The translations under genes were made by a program, and so were the position numbers. Below the pieces are notes generated by a model. That model searched no databases. It was not told where the DNA came from and saw nothing but the letters and a program-made list of their open reading frames with translations. Below, in pieces: positions 7,253-12,579 of a stretch of 12,579 nt of DNA. Position 1 is the first letter of the stretch. Each line of letters starts with the position of its first letter. Origin of the DNA: a virus (lineage: Duplodnaviria; Heunggongvirae; Uroviricota; Caudoviricetes); IMG/VR virus record IMGVR_UViG_3300020577_007897. One strand, 5' to 3'.

Positions 7253-8263
7253 ATGGCATTACAAAATTTCTTCGTTCAGGATGGCCTGAACGTTAATAAT
7301 TATATTACTGCTAATTCTACTACTCTCAAAGTAGGTACGAATACTACTATTAACTCGACGGCGATACGTATAGGTAATGCCGTCGGGTTTGCTTTAGGTG
7401 CTAACGCTGATTCGTTGGGATCTAACGGCTTCTATCTAGCGTCCAATGGTACAACTGTCTTTTGGTCAGCTGTATCTGGCGGTGCTCCCAACACTGCAGC
7501 TGCTTTTGCATGGACAAATACTCATTCATTTGCTGGTAACGTAACTATTACGTCGACTGCGTTTTTAAGTGCTAACGGCACTGTAGGAACCAACGGCCAA
7601 TTCCTTGCGTCTAACGGCACAACTGTATATTGGGCAACCCCGTCTGCATCAGCAACAGCAGGTGGACCTAACACAGCTATTCAGTATGCTAATGGTACTG
7701 CTATGGCTGGTAATGGTGAATTTACATACGATTATGTAACAGGTCAGTTGCAGGTTGGTACTTCTGGTTTTGCATTCCCGTCTTCTACCAAAGTAGAAAT
7801 TCACAGCAATGCTAATAGCTATGCTGAAGTTAATATTCAAAATGCTAACGCGGGTGTGCAAGGCTCATCTGATATTGTAGTAACTGCAGACTCTGGTAAT
7901 GACGTTGTTGATTATATTGACTTGGGTATTAATAGCTCTGGTTATTCTAATGCTTCATTTAACATTGTAGGTGCTAAGGATGGTTATCTTTATACATCAA
8001 ACGGTCACCTTGCAATTGGTACTTTGGCAGCTAAAGAAATTCGTTTCCACGCTAATGGATCAACAACAACAAATGAAGTTTTATCTATTAATAGCGCTGC
8101 TATTCAAATTACAAACGGCGTAATGCTTTACGCCAATAATGATCCTGGTACAGCAGGTCAAGTTCTTTCATCAAACGGTTCAGGTGTATATTGGGGTACT
8201 GCAGCAGCTGGTGGCATTAGTGGTGCACAATTAATGACCGGTTTAAATCAGGCATGGTTCTAA
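7253..8263 (+). CDS. Tail fibre protein (336 aa)
   Basis: Three copies of the G..GQ.L.SNG..V[YF]W module, one AAAFAWTNTHSF module, an SSDIVVTAD.G.D..DYIDLGINSS domain, and a short helical C-terminus (AQLMTGLNQAWF). Confidence 0.8.
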   Translation: MALQNFFVQDGLNVNNYITANSTTLKVGTNTTINSTAIRIGNAVGFALGANADSLGSNGFYLASNGTTVFWSAVSGGAPNTAAAFAWTNTHSFAGNVTITSTAFLSANGTVGTNGQFLASNGTTVYWATPSASATAGGPNTAIQYANGTAMAGNGEFTYDYVTGQLQVGTSGFAFPSSTKVEIHSNANSYAEVNIQNANAGVQGSSDIVVTADSGNDVVDYIDLGINSSGYSNASFNIVGAKDGYLYTSNGHLAIGTLAAKEIRFHANGSTTTNEVLSINSAAIQITNGVMLYANNDPGTAGQVLSSNGSGVYWGTAAAGGISGAQLMTGLNQAWF

Positions 8264-8272
8264 GGAGATAAA

Positions 8273-9022
8273 ATGGCAGGTAATCAAAATCCTATTTTCT
8301 CACGAGTAGGTGATATTCAAGGTGGTGTGACACTTCAGACCGCTGCAGCAGACTATACTGGACAGTCAAACAACAATTCAACAGTATTTGTAGCTGATAA
8401 TACAAATGGTGGATTTGTTCAGCGTCTTCGTTTTAAGGCAACTGGTACAAACATTGCAACAGTAGCGCGTATCTATATTAATAACGGCAACGCGCAGCAT
8501 GTTTCAGTATGTTCAGCGCCCGGCGTCCCTACTATTGCTAACACAACCGGTGGTACTCTTCCTGTTGCAACTTATACAGCTCGTGTTCAGGCGCTTGATG
8601 CAAGAGGTGCACCAACAGCATGGAGCTCTAACTCTGCACTAACTGCAGTAGCTGGTGGAGCTGCAAACGTTTCGTGGTCAGCTGTTGCTAACGCTGCAGC
8701 ATATCGTGTTGCAATTGGTTTGACTGGTGGTAATGAAGGTGTAGTGCTTCCACAAACTAATGCTACGTTTATTCTTGTTACATCAATTGACAATACAGTA
8801 AATACGGCAATTTGTGATCTTGGTCAGGCTCAGCTTTTACTTAATAACTTCTTCTTTGGTGAAGTCTCATTACCTGCTACAACTGGTACAGCAACTGCTG
8901 CTACAGCTGAAATTGAATATCCAATGAACGTAGCTCTTCCACCTGGTTATAAAGTTATTGTTGGGCTTGGTACTACTGTTGGTAACAGCTGGATTTGTTC
9001 AGCAATCGGTGGCAAATACTAA
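8273..9022 (+). CDS. Tail-associated protein (putative fibre-tip adaptor) with an inserted FN3-like domain
   Basis: SD AAGGAG at 8262-67. MAGNQNPIF...RLRFKATGTN...RIYINNG / GEVSLPATT...LPPGY....GGKY resembles a family I recall lying between fibres and Gly-rich genes. The central ~115 aa has FN3-like strands (ATYTARVQA; NVSWSAVANAAAYRV). Confidence 0.65.
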   Translation: MAGNQNPIFSRVGDIQGGVTLQTAAADYTGQSNNNSTVFVADNTNGGFVQRLRFKATGTNIATVARIYINNGNAQHVSVCSAPGVPTIANTTGGTLPVATYTARVQALDARGAPTAWSSNSALTAVAGGAANVSWSAVANAAAYRVAIGLTGGNEGVVLPQTNATFILVTSIDNTVNTAICDLGQAQLLLNNFFFGEVSLPATTGTATAATAEIEYPMNVALPPGYKVIVGLGTTVGNSWICSAIGGKY

Positions 9023-9987
9023 TGATTGATCTTTATGGTTTGTTATCAGGCCAGTATCCTGCTGGTATGGATGTACAAACATTTCTTGGAAACACATTAA
9101 CTACTAATTTACAGTGGCGCACGTGGCGAAAGCCACGTGGCTGTAAAATGGTTTATATGCTATGTATTGGTGGTGGCAGCTCAGGGGGATGTGGCCTTAA
9201 TACTAGTACTACAAGCGGAGGCGGGGCCGGGGGTGGTTCAGGTGCTGTTACTACTCTTTTAATACCAGCTATGTTTCTGCCTGACATTCTTTATGTGCAA
9301 GCGGGCGCCGGTGGAAGACAACCAGCCACACTTGTTTCAGCAGCTGTTGGTGTTGCTGGTATTGCTTCATATGTTTTGCTTGAAGGTGGTACATCACAGA
9401 TTGCACAATTAACTGCAATATATGCCAACGGTGGTGCAGCAACTGGTGCTGCAGCAACAACTACTACCGGCGGCGTTGCTGGTACCGCTGCAGCAGTTGC
9501 AACTATTTCAAACATGCCTTTTGCTGGTAGAGGCTTTTATCAGTTCTTTGCAGGTGTAGCAGGCTCTGCAGGTGGCACATCGACAGGCGCAGGCGCCAAC
9601 ATTACAACTGCTTTTCAGGCTGGCCAAATTGTAACTGGTGGTACTGGTGGAGGAGGCGCGAGCGCTACCCCAGGTGCTGGTGGTACTATTTCTGGTTCAG
9701 CTTTTGCATCTGGTGCAATTCAAAACTATACAACAGCAGCCGCGGCTTCATCCGGTGCAACAGCTGCTCAACCTGGATATACACCGCCTGCAACACTGTT
9801 TAATTTGTTTTATGGGGGTCTAGGCGGCGGAGGTGGAAATACAACCGCTGGTGGTGCACCTGGAGCTGGTGGCCCCGGTGGTCCTGGTTGCGGCGGTGGA
9901 GGTGCTGGCGGTACAACTACTACAAACGCAACCCTAGCTCGTCCTGGTGATGGTGGTCCTGGTTTAGTTATTATAGCGGCTTGGTAA
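9022..9987 (+). CDS. Glycine-rich tail protein, paralogue 1 (321 aa)
   Basis: The true start is probably ATG 9022 (TAATG overlap) rather than TTG 8995. Carries a TWRKPRG motif, GGGxGG repeats and the C-terminus GDGGPGLVIIAAW. Confidence 0.8.
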   Translation: MIDLYGLLSGQYPAGMDVQTFLGNTLTTNLQWRTWRKPRGCKMVYMLCIGGGSSGGCGLNTSTTSGGGAGGGSGAVTTLLIPAMFLPDILYVQAGAGGRQPATLVSAAVGVAGIASYVLLEGGTSQIAQLTAIYANGGAATGAAATTTTGGVAGTAAAVATISNMPFAGRGFYQFFAGVAGSAGGTSTGAGANITTAFQAGQIVTGGTGGGGASATPGAGGTISGSAFASGAIQNYTTAAAASSGATAAQPGYTPPATLFNLFYGGLGGGGGNTTAGGAPGAGGPGGPGCGGGGAGGTTTTNATLARPGDGGPGLVIIAAW

Positions 9988-9988
9988 T

Positions 9989-10930
9989 ATGTTAGACTTT
10001 ACTCATCTTGTTGGAAACACATCATACGATACTCAAATTTTTATGGGTAACGGTGTTGCAACTCTGACTAATTGGCAAACGTGGCGCAAACCGCGTGGCT
10101 CTAAAATGCTATACGTTATTGCTGTTGGTGGCGGTTCATCAGGAGGATGTGCTCTCAACACCAGCACTACTAGTGGTGGAGGTGCGGGCGGAATGTCTGG
10201 AGCACAATCATGCTTATTAATTCCTTCATTTTGTGTACCAGATGAATTATACATTCAGGCCGGCGCAGGTGGTAAGCAACCTTCAACTCTTGTTTCAGCA
10301 GCTGTTGGTGTAGCAGGCCAGCCAACATATGTTGCATTGGAACCGGTAACAGCAAATATTCCAACCGGTGTTATGCTTATTTCTGCTAAAGGTGGTGCTG
10401 CGACTGGCGCTGCCGCAAAAGCTACAACTGGTGGTGCCGTCGGCACTGCAGCAGCAGCAATGACAATTAATGATGCTAATTGGGGCACAAGAGGAATTTG
10501 GTTTTCACTTGGTTCGGCACTCGGAACCGCAGGCGGTGCTTCTACAGCTGCTGGCGCCCAGCTAACTCTTCCTACCACTGGACAAATGGTTACGGGTGGT
10601 GCCGGTGGTGGAGGACAGAACGGCGCAACTTCAACGTTTGCAGGCGGTACAATTGCTGCTATTGGAATGGGACAATTTGTACCTTTTACTGATTCTGGTA
10701 TTGCACCAGGTGGTAACGGAAGCGGTGGCATTTTTAAACCATGGACCTATTTTACAGGCGGAACAGGTGGTGCAGGATGCGCAATTACTGCTGGTACTAA
10801 TGCAGGATCAGGCGGGAATGGTGCACCAGGTTGCGGCGGTGGAGGTGCGGGCGGGTCAAATACAACTAACCCAACTTTAGCAAGACCTGGAGACGGAGGC
10901 GATGGTTTTGTAATCATCGTATCATTCTAA
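9989..10930 (+). CDS. Glycine-rich tail protein, paralogue 2 (313 aa)
   Basis: TWRKPRG motif, the same Gly-motif order as paralogue 1, and the C-terminus GDGGDGFVIIVSF. Confidence 0.8.
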   Translation: MLDFTHLVGNTSYDTQIFMGNGVATLTNWQTWRKPRGSKMLYVIAVGGGSSGGCALNTSTTSGGGAGGMSGAQSCLLIPSFCVPDELYIQAGAGGKQPSTLVSAAVGVAGQPTYVALEPVTANIPTGVMLISAKGGAATGAAAKATTGGAVGTAAAAMTINDANWGTRGIWFSLGSALGTAGGASTAAGAQLTLPTTGQMVTGGAGGGGQNGATSTFAGGTIAAIGMGQFVPFTDSGIAPGGNGSGGIFKPWTYFTGGTGGAGCAITAGTNAGSGGNGAPGCGGGGAGGSNTTNPTLARPGDGGDGFVIIVSF

Positions 10931-12024
10931 TGTTAGCAGAAGTACAACATTTTATATACGAAGCTGATGCATCTGGTGCAGACGTTAAAGTCTATACTAT
11001 GCCTACGGATGTTCCTACAAGAACTGCAACAGTTACATTTGGTAACAATTATTATACTTGGAACAAACCACAAAACGCTAAATGGGTTTGTATTATTGCG
11101 CAAGGCGGAGGTGGCTCAGGTGGAGCTGCTGGTGCAAACGCATCAACCGGAAGCGGTGGAGGTATGGGCGGGCCATCTGGACAATATTCCATGGCATTTT
11201 TCCCATCATTTATGCTTCCTGATACTCTCTATATTGCCGTTGGTGCTGGCGGTAAATTGCCCGCTCCAGCAGCTGGCGCCGGTTCTGTTAATGGGTGTGC
11301 TTCATTTGTTTCAATTGATCCATTATTAACAACTACAACAGCTTGTACTTCTATTCTAGTATATTCAAACGGTGGTGATGGAGTTGGTACTCAGCTATCA
11401 GCTGCAAACGGTTCTACTGGTGCTGCAACTACAGCTGGTGGTGGCGCCTCATCTGTTCTAGCTGCACAACCTAGAGCTGCTGCAGGCATTTGGAAAGCTA
11501 ACACTGCACCGTCTTGTGCAGGCGGTGCAGGCGGATCAAACAGTGCTACTGACGCTAGAGGTGAATCACTAGGCGTATTTTCTGGAAGTAGAATGTATGG
11601 ATGTGCTGGCCCAGGTGCTGGAGGTGGTGGCGGAATGGGAGGTATTACTACACCAGGTGCAGCTGCAGCGGGCGGCACTCCATTTTCTTTATCACAATCT
11701 GGTACTCTTGGCGGCCTTGGAACATTTTTAATTGATCATGCTAACTCAAATTTGACAAATATTAATAGCTCAGCAAACGGTGGAAATATTGGTGTTGCTG
11801 GTGGTGATGGTCAACCAACTGTTATTAATAGATTTCTATGGATGCATCTCGGCGGAGGCGGAGGAGGAGGTGGTGCTGGAGGTGTTTCAGCAGCGGCCGG
11901 AGGCCGCGGCGGCGATGGGCTTCTTGGCGCAGGTGGCGGTGGTGCTGGCGGATGCTTTAACAATGCTCCTATAACTGCTCCTGGCAACGGTGGTGATGGA
12001 TTTGTTGTAATCATAGCAGGATAA
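10930..12024 (+). CDS. Glycine-rich tail protein, paralogue 3 (364 aa, more diverged)
   Basis: TAATG overlap. TWNKPQNAKWV, F..FMLPDTLYIAVGAGG and the C-terminus GNGGDGFVVIIAG. Confidence 0.8.
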   Translation: MLAEVQHFIYEADASGADVKVYTMPTDVPTRTATVTFGNNYYTWNKPQNAKWVCIIAQGGGGSGGAAGANASTGSGGGMGGPSGQYSMAFFPSFMLPDTLYIAVGAGGKLPAPAAGAGSVNGCASFVSIDPLLTTTTACTSILVYSNGGDGVGTQLSAANGSTGAATTAGGGASSVLAAQPRAAAGIWKANTAPSCAGGAGGSNSATDARGESLGVFSGSRMYGCAGPGAGGGGGMGGITTPGAAAAGGTPFSLSQSGTLGGLGTFLIDHANSNLTNINSSANGGNIGVAGGDGQPTVINRFLWMHLGGGGGGGGAGGVSAAAGGRGGDGLLGAGGGGAGGCFNNAPITAPGNGGDGFVVIIAG

Positions 12025-12025
12025 A

Positions 12026-12579
12026 ATGAATCAGAGTCTAAGAGAAAACTTCTTTACAGAAGACGAATTAACGATCTATATTAGCGATAATTTTAAGATT
12101 ACCGCCAATAATCTTCTGTTGGGCAATAACATCACTCTTGTTGATGCAAACAACTCTCCTGGCACCAACAATTACTTTCTCTCTTCTAATGGCAGCTCGG
12201 TATTCTGGAAGCTTGTAGCGCCTGGTGTTAATGCTGATGCAGCATATACCTGGTCGAACAACCATATCTTCCAGGCTAATATAACAGCCAATGGTATCGC
12301 CGCAGTTAATGTATCAGCAAATGCTATCATTGCTAACGGCACAATAGGTACCAACGGCCAGTTTTTGACTTCAAACGGAACAGGTATTTACTGGTCGACG
12401 CTTACAAGTGCAGCATATACCTGGTCGAACAACCATATCTTCCAGGCTAATATAACAGCCAATGGTATCGCCGCAGTTAATGTATCAGCAAATGCTATCA
12501 TTGCTAACGGCACAATAGGTACCAACGGCCAGTTTTTGACTTCAAACGGAACAGGTATTTACTGGTCGACGCTTACAAG
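12026..12579 (+). CDS. Tail fibre protein, N-terminal part; 3'-truncated by the window (absent from the ORF track)
   Basis: ATG 12026 (TAA-A-ATG, with AGGA upstream) opens MNQSLRENFFTEDEL...ANNSPGTNNYFLSSNGSSVFW...AAYTWSNNHIFQAN... with no stop before the window end. It shares modules with 3532 and 7253. Confidence 0.8.
   Translation, partial: MNQSLRENFFTEDELTIYISDNFKITANNLLLGNNITLVDANNSPGTNNYFLSSNGSSVFWKLVAPGVNADAAYTWSNNHIFQANITANGIAAVNVSANAIIANGTIGTNGQFLTSNGTGIYWSTLTSAAYTWSNNHIFQANITANGIAAVNVSANAIIANGTIGTNGQFLTSNGTGIYWSTLT
12238..12579 (+). repeat. Perfect tandem duplication, 2 x 171 bp (57 codons, in frame)
   Basis: 12238-12408 and 12409-12579 are identical by manual comparison (tgcagcatatacctgg...gacgcttacaag). 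Confidence 0.95.

Noticed and set aside
9205-11890. G-rich runs as G-quadruplexes or slippage tracts, and raised GC as a sign of horizontal transfer
   Set aside because: Fully explained by poly-Gly/Ala coding. Runs are at most 5 G and the frames are intact.
3532-12024. Diversity-generating retroelement (suggested by Mtd-N-like starts and paralogous repeats)
   Set aside because: No reverse transcriptase in the window and no near-identical TR/VR pair. Paralogue differences are general synonymous changes rather than adenine-specific, and the only long repeat has zero mismatches.
9022-12024. Shufflon or invertible tail-fibre switch
   Set aside because: All paralogues are complete genes on the same strand, and I saw no invertase or flanking inverted repeats.
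2053-12354. Minus-strand and alternate-frame ORFs in the track (e.g. 10255..10731, 4398..4679, 11391..11678, 10967..11329)
   Set aside because: They lie wholly within stronger + strand genes, lack SDs, and their Pro/Ala/Val-rich sequences are the expected shadow of Gly/Thr/Asn codons.
12238-12579. CRISPR-like array or terminal genome repeat
   Set aside because: There are no spacers, the unit is a 57-codon coding module, and it does not match the window start.

Overview
A 12.6-kb block of co-oriented (+ strand) late structural genes from a large T4-like myovirus. The evidence for this is gp55-type late promoter boxes (N-[A/C]TAAATA), a free-standing GIY-YIG/NUMOD3 homing endonuclease, and a gene set resembling T4-like cyanophage/alphaproteobacterial phage tail regions. 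The window opens inside a large virion structural protein (ORF open from base 3). It then runs through a small conserved gene, several Asn/Thr/Gly-rich fibre-like proteins built from shared modules, the endonuclease, a coiled-coil protein and a small putative chaperone. It ends with a tightly coupled cassette of one fibre, one putative adaptor and three paralogous glycine-rich proteins, followed by a 3'-truncated fibre gene (missing from the supplied ORF track) that carries a perfect in-frame 171-bp tandem duplication. No RNA genes, CRISPR array, reverse transcriptase or recombinase were seen. All family assignments come from motif recognition by eye; no database search was run.
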